From positions 49,009 to 113,008 of the forward strand of contig CAZCSF010000004.1 of NCBI GenBank assembly GCA_964501295.1: a DNA stretch of 64,000 nt. The letters run 5' to 3'. Source of the stretch: an uncultured Candidatus Bathyarchaeia archaeon (lineage in GTDB: Archaea; Thermoproteota; Bathyarchaeia; Bathyarchaeales; Bathycorpusculaceae). The position numbers and the translations under genes were made by a program. A model generated the notes under the pieces. That model had not been told where the DNA came from and searched no databases. It was given only the letters and a program-made list of their open reading frames with translations. Shown piece after piece: positions 18,367 to 27,358 of the stretch; positions within the stretch are counted from its first letter, which is position 1; each line of letters begins with the position of its first letter.

Positions 18367-18915
18367 ATGCTGAAACCATCCAAAACGCTAATGCTTGCTT
18401 TAGCTTTGAGTACCCTATACTCTTTAGGAGTCGGCTTGCTAGGTCCAGTTTACCCCATATTTGTCATTAACCGCTTCTCAGCATCAATCATGGATATAGG
18501 CTTATTATACGCTGTTTTCTGCCTTGTAGCCGCCCTATTCAAAGTGGTGGCGGGAAGACTTGCCGACGTTTATGGGAAAGAGCGAATTTTCTCTGTTGGA
18601 GTCGTAATGGGGGCCCTATGCTCCTTAAGCTACATTTACGTTCCAAACATGGTGGGCCTCTACATAATCGAGTTTTTCTTTGGAATTTCATATGCGCTGC
18701 AGCGTCCATCACTGTTGGCTTTAGTAGTTGATTTAGGCGACGAGAAAAAGAGGGGCACAGTTCTAGGAATGTTTGAATCTGTATACGACATCACAGAAGC
18801 AGCAGCACTGTTATCCACAGTGATTGCCACAAAAATAAGCTTTGAAACCCTCTTCTATATATGCTCCGGATGCCAAGCCACAACAGGAATCTTCATACTA
18901 AAATACAAACGTTAA
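18367..18915 (+). CDS. MFS transporter, N-terminal six-helix half only (possibly truncated)
   Basis: About 182 aa with roughly 6 TM segments and the MFS loop motif GRLADVYGKERI. The stop lies 42 nt before tRNA-Gln, leaving no room for the second six-helix half. Confidence 0.5.
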   Translation: MLKPSKTLMLALALSTLYSLGVGLLGPVYPIFVINRFSASIMDIGLLYAVFCLVAALFKVVAGRLADVYGKERIFSVGVVMGALCSLSYIYVPNMVGLYIIEFFFGISYALQRPSLLALVVDLGDEKKRGTVLGMFESVYDITEAAALLSTVIATKISFETLFYICSGCQATTGIFILKYKR

Positions 18916-18957
18916 AGTTATTACCGTGGAAGTTGGCTTAAATGCTTGAAAAAGCGG

Positions 18958-19033
18958 AGCCCGGTGGTGTAGCGGCCAAGCATGGGGGCCTCTGGAGCCC
19001 CTGACGGGAGTTCGAATCTCCCCCGGGCTACCA
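18958..19033 (+). tRNA. tRNA-Gln (anticodon CUG), genomically encoded CCA
   Basis: Manual fold. Acceptor AGCCCGG/CCGGGCT. Anticodon stem GGGGC/GCCCC with loop CTCTGGA (anticodon CTG). T arm GGGAG-TTCGAAT-CTCCC. Discriminator A followed by CCA. Confidence 0.85.
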
Positions 19034-19178
19034 TAAGATTTTCTTATGAATCTCTATTGAGAAATGAGCGTGATGCACACGCATATGGTTTAAGCAAGTG
19101 TTCAAATACAGAAGAATTTTCCATGGACAATTTAGCCCCACGATAGCTGAGTAAGAATCCAATTAAAAAAGGGGATAG

Positions 19179-19514
19179 TTAAAGGAGCCCCCAAATTCCG
19201 ATTATTATGGCTATTATTCCGATGATTGTTTGGAATCTGCCTAGCCACTTAGCGACTTTCTCTAAGCTCGCCCCTATTGCAGGTATGCTTGTCAGAATGC
19301 CCATAGCCAATATCAATCCAGCTATGATTGCCACTATTCCTTGCAAGCCAAAGTACAATATTCCAATAATTATCGCTATTACTCCGATTATCGTTTGGAA
19401 TCTACCCAGCCATTTGGCGACTTTTTCTAGACTCTTCCCTACAGCAGGTATGCTTGGTAGAATGCCCATTGCTAGGATCAGTCCGGCCACGATATTTGTT
19501 ATTTCCACTATCAT
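19179..19514 (-). CDS. small four-helix membrane protein built from an internal tandem duplication
   Basis: 111 aa. Residues 10-52 and 65-107 are near-identical (AGLILAMGIL.SIPA.G.SLEKVAKWLGRFQTIIG.IAIIIGI). Confidence 0.5.
   Translation of the reverse strand: MIVEITNIVAGLILAMGILPSIPAVGKSLEKVAKWLGRFQTIIGVIAIIIGILYFGLQGIVAIIAGLILAMGILTSIPAIGASLEKVAKWLGRFQTIIGIIAIIIGIWGLL
19194..19487. repeat. intragenic tandem duplication, period 165 nt
   Basis: The two 43-codon units differ at 4 residues, counted on the supplied translation. Confidence 0.75.
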
Positions 19515-19617
19515 TTTTTCACCAATGACCTTTATTGTTACGTTGGATTTATAAGCTTTTTAAGGCTTGGCTAGTTTTACTAAATTTTAATCAAAAAGAA
19601 AAAAGCAGGGTTTAGTG

Positions 19618-20052
19618 CTATTCTATGCCCCATTTTTTAGTTATCTTCACTATTAGGAAGATAACGAAGGCCACTATCACAAATGTTATTATTGATACAA
19701 GGAAGTTTCCAATGCCGAACAGTTGTCCAGTGTAAGTTGGGTCTATAGGGTTTCCTTGAGCATCTAAAGCTGTTGGCGGGACAGCTATTTTAAATGTTGA
19801 AAGGTTTCCAAGTCCGGGAAGCGCTAAACCTATTATCGGCATTAATATGTCTTTAACAAGGGATTGTACGACTTGACCAACATAAACACCCATAATGAAG
19901 GCGACAGCGAGTCCTAGCACCTTATACTTGGAAATAAAGTCTATGAATTCGTTCCACAAACCCTTCTTTGGTGGCGGCGCAGGCTTAGGCTCCAATAAGG
20001 CCTTTATGTCCTTCAAAACTTGAAGCATTTCCTCATCTTTAGATTTAGACAT
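19618..20052 (-). CDS. mscL: large-conductance mechanosensitive channel
   Basis: 144 aa. WNEFIDFISKYKVLGLAVAFIMGVYVGQVVQSLVKDILMPIIG matches the MscL TM1 and periplasmic-loop pattern. A second TM lies near the C-terminus. Confidence 0.75.
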   Translation of the reverse strand: MSKSKDEEMLQVLKDIKALLEPKPAPPPKKGLWNEFIDFISKYKVLGLAVAFIMGVYVGQVVQSLVKDILMPIIGLALPGLGNLSTFKIAVPPTALDAQGNPIDPTYTGQLFGIGNFLVSIITFVIVAFVIFLIVKITKKWGIE

Positions 20053-20164
20053 GCGTTCACCGTTCCATTCTTTTACTTTGATACAAAATTTAAAACTTGC
20101 TATGAAATAATCCTTCGAAAGTTTTAACTGCTCTGAAAAACAATATTAAAGATCCAATAGTCTT

Positions 20165-20359
20165 GTGGAGGTGAAGGTCTTGAGTGAGAAGGAAAAGAAG
20201 AAAGAGGAGAAAGGCAAAGCAGAGACCGCCATGGAGAAAACAGGCGAGGTTGTTGGTAAAGGCGTGAAGAAAGGTTTTGGAATAGTTAAGGGTGTTGGGA
20301 AAGGCTTGGTTAAAGGGGTTAAGGGCGAAGAGAAAGAGAAGAAAGAAAAAGAAAAATAA
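20165..20359 (+). CDS. Lys/Glu/Gly-rich low-complexity small ORF (doubtful)
   Basis: 64 aa of KEKKKEEKGK...GKGVKKGFGIVKGVGKGLVKGVKG with a purine-rich stretch at the start. May not be expressed. Confidence 0.2.
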   Translation: MEVKVLSEKEKKKEEKGKAETAMEKTGEVVGKGVKKGFGIVKGVGKGLVKGVKGEEKEKKEKEK

Positions 20360-20420
20360 CAGTGCTAAAAGGCGAAACTATCCTATCAATTCTTCACAGT
20401 TTCTATTTGGGTATGGTTAA

Positions 20421-20627
20421 TTGAGCAAGAGGGAAAGGTTTTCTTGGAAAATGTTGTTGGCGGCGTTGGTTCTTGTAGTGGTGGGTGTGCTGCTTATGCT
20501 TCAAAGCACTAACATGCTTTTTGAAATGAATCCTATGTCAGTTTTTGTTATGGGTTTAGCCGTTGTTCTAATTTTTGCAGGCGTAGTTCTAATTGTTCTG
20601 GCTGTTGCAGCTTTGGCTGAATCTTGA
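20421..20627 (+). CDS. small two-TM membrane protein
   Basis: 68 aa with two hydrophobic helices. Confidence 0.35.
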   Translation: MSKRERFSWKMLLAALVLVVVGVLLMLQSTNMLFEMNPMSVFVMGLAVVLIFAGVVLIVLAVAALAES

Positions 20628-20687
20628 TTTTGCCTTCATAAGGCTAAATTAGCTTTTTATCCATGTTTAGCTGATGGAGGCAAGTCT

Positions 20688-21104
20688 TTGGGAGTCTCTC
20701 CTAAAAAATCTAGGGTTAAAATGGTTCTTGCATTGACTATAATGCTTATCGCGGTTTTGGCTGTTGCCTATTTTCTGGTTACTTATCCACGGGTTTTGGT
20801 GGATTTCATTGTTGCATTCACCATCGGCGCAGACGTTAAACGTGTAGAGTTTGAGGTTCCATTCCTCCACGACTATGTGAGGGTTGAGGTTTACGTCCAA
20901 AGCGGTAACGCATTGTGGAATGCGAAAATCTTAAGCGGCGACAAGGTTTTATGGAATCATGTGGCTTCGCAAGGCGGACAGACAACCTACAGCAGCGAGT
21001 GGATTAAGCTGTCAAGTGGACGCTACAATTTCACTTTTGCAACCGCTGGGTTGGGCTCTTTAGAGGCGAAGGTTAAGCTAACATCAAAAGGCGGTTTCTG
21101 GTAA
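20688..21104 (+). CDS. N-terminally anchored hypothetical protein
   Basis: 138 aa with one TM (MVLALTIMLIAVLAVAYFLV) and a beta-rich ectodomain. Confidence 0.4.
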   Translation: MGVSPKKSRVKMVLALTIMLIAVLAVAYFLVTYPRVLVDFIVAFTIGADVKRVEFEVPFLHDYVRVEVYVQSGNALWNAKILSGDKVLWNHVASQGGQTTYSSEWIKLSSGRYNFTFATAGLGSLEAKVKLTSKGGFW

Positions 21105-21108
21105 GCCT

Positions 21109-21969
21109 TTAGGGCTTCTCCTTAATCAGCCATGAGCCGTCGCATGTCGCCGTGTTTAAACCTTTTAAGCCTTCTCGGCAAGTGGCAAACTTCAAACCAT
21201 ATTTTTTGGCTTGTTTCGCCAAGCTTTCCATAAGCTTAAGCCTCAAGTCTTTTGGCAGGTAAGTGTATCTTCCAATTTTTTCGCCTTTTTCAAAATAGAG
21301 AGGTTTGAGTTTTTCGGCGGTTTTTGGCATTGCTAAGTTTAGCCTTTGCCAGTTGTCCGCCTTAACCTTGTAAGTGGAAGCCGTTATGTGTTTTACACCT
21401 ATTTCGGCTATGGCTTTAACCAAAGTCTCTGGATTCTCGTTAACATATGGGATTACTGGGTCTATGCGCACCGCTACGGGTATGCCCTCATCCACAAGCT
21501 TTTCAGCTGTTTTTAAGCGTTCCAATGGCGGCGGCGCATATGGCTCCAAAATTTTGGCAGTTTCCGCGTTGTCTGTTGTTATGGTTAGAGCCACCATGGA
21601 AGGCACCAGCCTTAAAAGGTCCATGTCCCTCACAACAATGTTTGACTTGGTTATTATCTGGATTCTGCAGTTTTGCCGCGCCAGAATTTCTAGGCAACGC
21701 CTTGTCAAACCCGTTTCCGCCTCAACAGTCGGGTAAGGGTCTGAAGAATTCGAGATGGAGATTAATTCGCCTTTAAGCCTAACTGCCTCCCGCTCAAGCC
21801 TACGCAGCAAATCTTTTTTGGGACGGCAATCATAAAACCGCGGTATATAGCTGGAAGCATAACAGTATATGCATTTGTGGTCGCATCCAGTGTAAGGGTT
21901 AAAAGTCAATTTAGGCGGACAAGTGCAAAGGCTTGAACGCCAAGGGTCAAACCATGCGAGCAGATTCAA
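21109..21969 (-). CDS. radical SAM protein (COG1533/SplB-like)
   Basis: 286 aa. CxxxCxxC cluster motif CDHKCIYC near the N-terminus. Confidence 0.7.
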   Translation of the reverse strand: MNLLAWFDPWRSSLCTCPPKLTFNPYTGCDHKCIYCYASSYIPRFYDCRPKKDLLRRLEREAVRLKGELISISNSSDPYPTVEAETGLTRRCLEILARQNCRIQIITKSNIVVRDMDLLRLVPSMVALTITTDNAETAKILEPYAPPPLERLKTAEKLVDEGIPVAVRIDPVIPYVNENPETLVKAIAEIGVKHITASTYKVKADNWQRLNLAMPKTAEKLKPLYFEKGEKIGRYTYLPKDLRLKLMESLAKQAKKYGLKFATCREGLKGLNTATCDGSWLIKEKP

Positions 21970-22619
21970 GCTTGCAGTGCTCCGGTTTAAACTACGCTTC
22001 TAACAGAACCTTTGAGGATGTATGCTTAAATCTGTTTGGAATGTGATGGTTTGTTATGGCTTTGTTATTAATATTGCTTGTTTTATGTTGTTTTCCTTGA
22101 AGTTTTGGTTTTTGATTGACGCTCTGGAAAACACAACCAAATTCCCACTAAACCAAAAACTAGAGAGGCTAGGCTTCTATTGGCTTATTCAACAACCAAA
22201 AATTCAAGGAAAGTGTCTGGCAATAATGCTGCTAATTATGCTTGCTGGCAATAATACAACAAGCCGGACTAACAAAAGAAGAGTTCCTAAAACTGTTAAA
22301 GAAAAATAAGAGATTCTGAAAAACTAGAGGAGGCTACCAATTTTGCAGAAGCGGAACCAACACAAAATTGACATAAACAGTGCTGTATTTAACTTTTTAA
22401 TGTTTTTCGTGTTTATACGGAGATTTTCCACGCTTATGTTGAGGAGGAAAACCCTTAAAGCGGTTCTTTCGCCTTTTAGGTTTCTTTTCGGCTTTATTCT
22501 CGCCGAGAGGCTGAAGTTTTCCGCTTTCATCTCTGGCTGGATGTTACTGGATTTTGTATATTTTGGGTTTAGAGCGTATATTTTGTTTTAAATTTTCACT
22601 GCATAAAGGGTTAAAAGCA

Positions 22620-22668
22620 ACACTACATTTAGTGCATGAAATTAGCATTAAAACACTAAAATGCTTGT
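22620..22668 (+). promoter_or_regulatory. two candidate NrdR boxes upstream of nrdR
   Basis: acactacatttagtgc (22620-22635) has the palindromic arms acacta/tagtg. acactaaaatgcttgt (22653-22668) matches in the left half only. Box starts are 33 nt apart. Confidence 0.45.
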
Positions 22669-22693
22669 TAAAAGCACGCGACGTGAAGCCTTC

Positions 22694-23152
22694 ATGAAAT
22701 GCCCCTACTGCGGTTCAGAAAACCTCAAAACGCTTGAAACCCGCGACTCGGCAGACAACACCATAAGAAGACGCAAAGAATGCAGCGACTGTGGAAAACG
22801 CTTCACCACCTACGAATACATAGAAGCCATAGAGCTTATGGTGCGAAAACGCGACGGCCGAATGGAACGCTTCGACCTAAACAAAATAATTAGAGGCTTA
22901 CAGAAAGCCGGCGAAAAACGGCCGGTAACCATGGAGCAAATCCACGCCTTAGCCGAAAAGGTTAGACAAGAGCTTATGCAGCTGGGCAAGGAGGAAGTTT
23001 CTTCCCAAGAAATAGGCGACCTAGTAATGAAACACTTGAAAACCCTTGACCGCGTAGCCTACGTGCGCTTCGCCTCCGTATACCGCAGATTCGAAGAACC
23101 AGAAGACTTCCGCCGCGTGCTCCAAGAGGTGAAAAATAATGAAATTTGTTAG
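22694..23152 (+). CDS. nrdR: transcriptional repressor NrdR (zinc ribbon plus ATP-cone)
   Basis: MKCPYCGSENLKTLETRD...CSDCGKRFTTYE zinc ribbon, then an ATP-cone (VRKRDGRMERFDLNKI). The ATG at 22694 is preferred. Confidence 0.85.
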   Translation: MKCPYCGSENLKTLETRDSADNTIRRRKECSDCGKRFTTYEYIEAIELMVRKRDGRMERFDLNKIIRGLQKAGEKRPVTMEQIHALAEKVRQELMQLGKEEVSSQEIGDLVMKHLKTLDRVAYVRFASVYRRFEEPEDFRRVLQEVKNNEIC

Positions 23153-25268
23153 AAAACGGGATGGAAGACTTGAACCTTTCGATCAAGAGCGTATAACTAA
23201 TGCTATTTGGAAGGCCGCCAAGGCGGTTGGCGGAAAAGACCGCGAACTCGCCAAAAAACTAAGCAATCAAGTAGTAGCCGAACTTAAAAGGCGGTTCGGA
23301 GAAGACGGCGTCCCAACAGTAGAAGAAATCCAAGACATTGTAGAAAAAATCCTGATAGAAAACGGTCACGCAAGAACAGCCAAAGCCTACATCCTCTACC
23401 GAAAACAACACCAAGACCTGCGTGAGTTGGCAGCCCTCCTAAGCTCAGCAGACCTAGTAGACCAATATCTAGACATAGAAGACTGGCGAGTAAAAGAAAA
23501 CTCCAACATGAGCTATTCGCTGCAAGGCCTAAACAACTACTTGTCATCTACAGTTATAGCCAAATACTGGATAACCCGCATCTACCCACCAAACATAGCA
23601 GAAGCCCACTTTTCAGGCGACATGCACATCCACGACCTAGGCGTTTTAGGACCGTATTGCGTAGGCTGGGACATAAAGGATTTACTGCTTTCAGGCTTCG
23701 GCGGTGTGCCGGGCAAAATTGAAAGCGTACCAGCAAAACACTTCAGAACAGCCCTAGGCCAAGTGGTCAACTTCTTCTACACGCTTCAAGGCGAAGCAGC
23801 AGGAGCCCAAGCTTTCTCAAACTTCGACACTTACTTGGCGCCTTTTATACGCTATGATGGGTTAAGCCAGAAAGAGGTGGAGCAATCCCTACAAGAGTTC
23901 TTCTTCAACATGAATGTGCCCACCCGTGTAGGCTTCCAAACACCCTTCACAAACGTGACCCTAGACTTGGAAATCCCAGAATTCATGAAAGACGAACCCG
24001 TCATCATCGGCGGAAAAGTCATGGACGCCACATATGGCGACATGGAAAAGGAAATGGAAATGTTTAACACTGCCTTCGCGGAAGTCCTCAGCAGAGGCGA
24101 CGCAAAAGGAAGAGTCTTCACTTTTCCAATACCGACTTACTGCATAACAAAGGATTTCAACTGGGACTCACCCACATCCCAAAAAATCTTCGAAGTAGCA
24201 GCAAAATACGGAGCCCCCTACTTCTCAAACTTTGTGAACAGCGACATGAAACCCGAAGACGTCCGAAGCATGTGCTGCCGCCTACGAATAGACAATCGGG
24301 AACTCCGCAAACGCGGAGGAGGCTTCTTCGGAGCAAACCCGTTAACAGGAAGCATAGGCGTGGTAACCCTAAACCTTCCAAGGCTTGGCTATTTAGCAAA
24401 AGACGAAGATGAATTCTTCGAACGCCTAGAAACCCTCATGGAAACCGCCAAAGACAGCCTAGAAATAAAACGCAAAGTCCTAGAACAATTCACAGAAAAC
24501 GGTCTATACCCATATTCTAGGCGTTATCTAAGAGGCGTAAAAGAAACTTTTGGAAAATACTGGAAAAACCACTTCTCAACCATAGGCTTAGTGGGCATGA
24601 ATGAGGCTATAATGAACCTCTTCGGCTACGGCATAGCCACACCTGAAGGTCTCCAATTCGCGGTAAAAGTGCTAAACTTCATGCGAGAAAAGCTTGCAGA
24701 TTTCCAAGAGGAAACTGGCAATATTTACAATTTGGAGGCTACACCGGCTGAAGGCGCAAGTTATAGGCTTGCCCGCATAGACAAACGCAGATACCCAGAC
24801 ATTATTGTGGCTAACGAGAAGTATTTGGCTAAAGGTGCGGAACCCTTCTACACAAACTCCTCGCAGCTGCCAGTAGACCACGAAGCCGACCTCTTCGAGG
24901 CTTTGGAACATCAAGACAAGCTTCAAACGCTTTACACGGGCGGAACAGTCTTCCACATATACCTAGGCGAAAGGCTCTACTCTTGGAAAGCCGCCGCGGA
25001 ACTCGTCCGCAAAGTAGCCTGGAACTTCCGCCTTCCATACTTCACTTTAACGCCAACCTTCAGCGTCTGCCCAACCCACGGCTACATAAGCGGCGAACAC
25101 CGGCAATGTCCAAAATGTGGAGCAAACTGCGAAGTCTACTCAAGGGTTGTGGGCTACCTACGCCCAGTAGACCAATGGAACGACGGAAAACAAGCAGAAT
25201 TCGCCGTCCGCAGAACCTTTGAAAAAACTGTCGTTTTGCCACCAGCAACAGTGCCAGCCAGCTCGTGA
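23139..25268 (+). CDS. nrdD: anaerobic ribonucleoside-triphosphate reductase (class III)
   Basis: 709 aa. N-terminal ATP-cone (VRKRDGRLEPFDQERI), CCRLRID, C-terminal zinc site CPTHG...CPKCG, and glycyl-radical region SRVVGYLRPV. Confidence 0.9.
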   Translation: MKFVRKRDGRLEPFDQERITNAIWKAAKAVGGKDRELAKKLSNQVVAELKRRFGEDGVPTVEEIQDIVEKILIENGHARTAKAYILYRKQHQDLRELAALLSSADLVDQYLDIEDWRVKENSNMSYSLQGLNNYLSSTVIAKYWITRIYPPNIAEAHFSGDMHIHDLGVLGPYCVGWDIKDLLLSGFGGVPGKIESVPAKHFRTALGQVVNFFYTLQGEAAGAQAFSNFDTYLAPFIRYDGLSQKEVEQSLQEFFFNMNVPTRVGFQTPFTNVTLDLEIPEFMKDEPVIIGGKVMDATYGDMEKEMEMFNTAFAEVLSRGDAKGRVFTFPIPTYCITKDFNWDSPTSQKIFEVAAKYGAPYFSNFVNSDMKPEDVRSMCCRLRIDNRELRKRGGGFFGANPLTGSIGVVTLNLPRLGYLAKDEDEFFERLETLMETAKDSLEIKRKVLEQFTENGLYPYSRRYLRGVKETFGKYWKNHFSTIGLVGMNEAIMNLFGYGIATPEGLQFAVKVLNFMREKLADFQEETGNIYNLEATPAEGASYRLARIDKRRYPDIIVANEKYLAKGAEPFYTNSSQLPVDHEADLFEALEHQDKLQTLYTGGTVFHIYLGERLYSWKAAAELVRKVAWNFRLPYFTLTPTFSVCPTHGYISGEHRQCPKCGANCEVYSRVVGYLRPVDQWNDGKQAEFAVRRTFEKTVVLPPATVPASS

Positions 25269-25951
25269 AAACCATGAAGTTCAGCGGCATACAAAAAACA
25301 AGCCTAATAGATTTTCCAGACAAAGTGGCAGCGGTGCTTTTCACACCCGGCTGCAATTTACGCTGCCCCTACTGTTATAACTGGCGAATAGCTGTAAACC
25401 CAAAACCTCCATTCCTAAACGAGGAAACAACCCTTCAAATCCTAGAGGAACACAAAAAATACGTGGACGCCGTTGTCGTAACAGGCGGAGAACCAACCAT
25501 CCACAAGGAACTGCCACGCTTCTTAAAAAAGCTGAAGGATAAAGGCTTTGCTGTAAAACTTGACACAAATGGCTTGAATCCAACAGTTTTGGAGGAATGC
25601 CTCACTTACGTGGATTATATAGCCCTAGACTTCAAAACTTCACCTGAAAAATACCACCTCTTAGGAGCTAAAGACGCAGTGGCACTTATGCAAACAATTG
25701 AGATGCTAAAAAGCGGCAAAGTGGAATACGAGTTTAGAACCACCGTTGTTCCAAACATAGTTGAAGAAAAAGACATAACCATAATAGGCGAAACCGTTAA
25801 AGGCGCAAAAAACTATGCCCTTCAACAGTTTATACCCGGCGACACCCTAAGTGAAGAATACAAAAACCTAAAACCTTATCCACCAGATGTTATCGCCGGA
25901 TTTGCCGAAACTTTGAGGAAATATGTGGAGAAGGTTACCCTTCGCATTTAA
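25265..25951 (+). CDS. nrdG: anaerobic ribonucleotide reductase activating radical SAM protein
   Basis: 228 aa with CNLRCPYC. Overlaps the nrdD stop by 4 nt. Confidence 0.85.
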   Translation: MKTMKFSGIQKTSLIDFPDKVAAVLFTPGCNLRCPYCYNWRIAVNPKPPFLNEETTLQILEEHKKYVDAVVVTGGEPTIHKELPRFLKKLKDKGFAVKLDTNGLNPTVLEECLTYVDYIALDFKTSPEKYHLLGAKDAVALMQTIEMLKSGKVEYEFRTTVVPNIVEEKDITIIGETVKGAKNYALQQFIPGDTLSEEYKNLKPYPPDVIAGFAETLRKYVEKVTLRI

Positions 25952-25972
25952 AAATAGAGGGAAGAAAGGGCG

Positions 25973-27352
25973 TTAGTAGGCGGATACGCCTACAAAGCGA
26001 AGTTTTTTCAGCTTCACCATAGGCACAGTTGCCGCTTCAAGAGTTACCAGCTCCTTTCCAATCATTGGAATCTCCTTGAAAGCCGAGAGCATGCTGTCTG
26101 TAAAGCGCATGTTAACAATTGGCTTTGTTATTTCGCCTTTTTCAATGAGAAATGTTCCGTCCCTTGTCAGTCCAGTCAGTATAAGCTTTGTCGGCTCAAC
26201 AGGATTAACGTAATGAAATATTGTCACGAATATTCCGTGTTTTGTATCGGCGACTGCCTCTTCCATGGTGGCGTCTCCAGGCTTCATAATCATGTTGTAG
26301 GGCAAAGGCATCTCACCATAATAATCGCCTGACGGGGGAAGCGCATGCCCAGTGCTTTTCTTGCCTTCCTTGCCGGCTGTGAAAGAGTTGTGGCAAATGC
26401 TTTTCTCCGAAACTGTTCCTTTGGCTATCAACTCTAGGGGCTTTTTGGGAACTCCTTCGCCGTCCACTGGAACAGCATAAAGCGTCTTCGGGTTTCTGGC
26501 GTCATCCACCACATTAAATTTGCTGTCAAAGACTTGCTGGTTTGCAAAATACTTGACAAAAGATTGCCCGTCCTGGTAGGATCGGGCTGAAAAGCCCACA
26601 TAACCCATATAGTTTAGAAGGACAGCCACAGCTAAAGGCGATAAGACGACCTCGTATTCGCCTGGTTCAACCTTCACTGGATGGAGGCTCCGCACAGATT
26701 TTTCCGCTGCATCCTCAGCCAAAGCAGAAGGCTCAATGTCTTTAACGCGTCTTGAATATTGTTCGGCTGTTCCAAAGCCTTCAGATTCGCCTTCTCTGGA
26801 AATCACTGTTGTTTTCATGTAAGCCAGCGAAAGTTCAGCCCACGCCGAAACTCCTAAAGAATTCGCCACAGCAAACCCCATACATCCCGTAGACAAGTAT
26901 CCGGCAACAGCAGCCACCTTAGGCGATTTGGAGTGGGCTGTGTTTATGGCTTCTCCAACCCTTTCAGCCCTAAACATGGGCGTGCATTCGGCTGTTTGCC
27001 TATCAAAAGCTCCACGCACTGGTCTCCAAGCCTCCGACTCCGGAAGGCTTTTGAAATCCTTGTTTGGTGAAGAAGCCTTCGCAATTTTGACAGCTTGCTC
27101 CACAGCCGCTTTAATGCCTTTCTCCTCAAGCGTGTTCGCTTGAACGGTGCTTATCCGCTTGTCCAAAACAACCTTTACCGAAACTCCGCCAATTTTCTGA
27201 GCCACGTTCTGGTGGATTTGCGAGTTTGCAAAACGCGTCAAAGCATTGTCAACCATAAACGCAACGGCTTGCGCCTGGCTAACTTTCTGTTTTAGGGCAT
27301 AATCAACCGTTTTTTGAGCTATTTCCCTAAGCCTTTCAACATCCATACACAT
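25973..27352 (-). CDS. TldD/PmbA family metallopeptidase (PmbA-like)
   Basis: 459 aa. Paired directly downstream of a TldD-like paralogue and shares the family architecture. Confidence 0.7.
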   Translation of the reverse strand: MCMDVERLREIAQKTVDYALKQKVSQAQAVAFMVDNALTRFANSQIHQNVAQKIGGVSVKVVLDKRISTVQANTLEEKGIKAAVEQAVKIAKASSPNKDFKSLPESEAWRPVRGAFDRQTAECTPMFRAERVGEAINTAHSKSPKVAAVAGYLSTGCMGFAVANSLGVSAWAELSLAYMKTTVISREGESEGFGTAEQYSRRVKDIEPSALAEDAAEKSVRSLHPVKVEPGEYEVVLSPLAVAVLLNYMGYVGFSARSYQDGQSFVKYFANQQVFDSKFNVVDDARNPKTLYAVPVDGEGVPKKPLELIAKGTVSEKSICHNSFTAGKEGKKSTGHALPPSGDYYGEMPLPYNMIMKPGDATMEEAVADTKHGIFVTIFHYVNPVEPTKLILTGLTRDGTFLIEKGEITKPIVNMRFTDSMLSAFKEIPMIGKELVTLEAATVPMVKLKKLRFVGVSAY

Positions 27353-27358
27353 TCCCTC

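Noticed and set aside
20165-20359. Lys/Gly/Glu-rich 64-aa ORF as a possible novel histone-like or IDP gene
   Set aside because: It is kept only as a low-confidence feature. The low-complexity sequence could arise by chance from purine-rich DNA, and I cannot support a function.
19034-21104. Possible integrated element downstream of tRNA-Gln
   Set aside because: I found no integrase, no recognisable repeat of the tRNA 3' end, and no phage or plasmid genes. The region holds only small membrane ORFs and mscL.
22022-22591. ORFs 22022-22309, 22343-22591 and 22324-22530 as real genes
   Set aside because: The composition is unusual (Phe/Leu/Ile/Lys-rich), the frames overlap each other, and there are no motifs. 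They are treated as part of a noncoding or decayed region (see finding).
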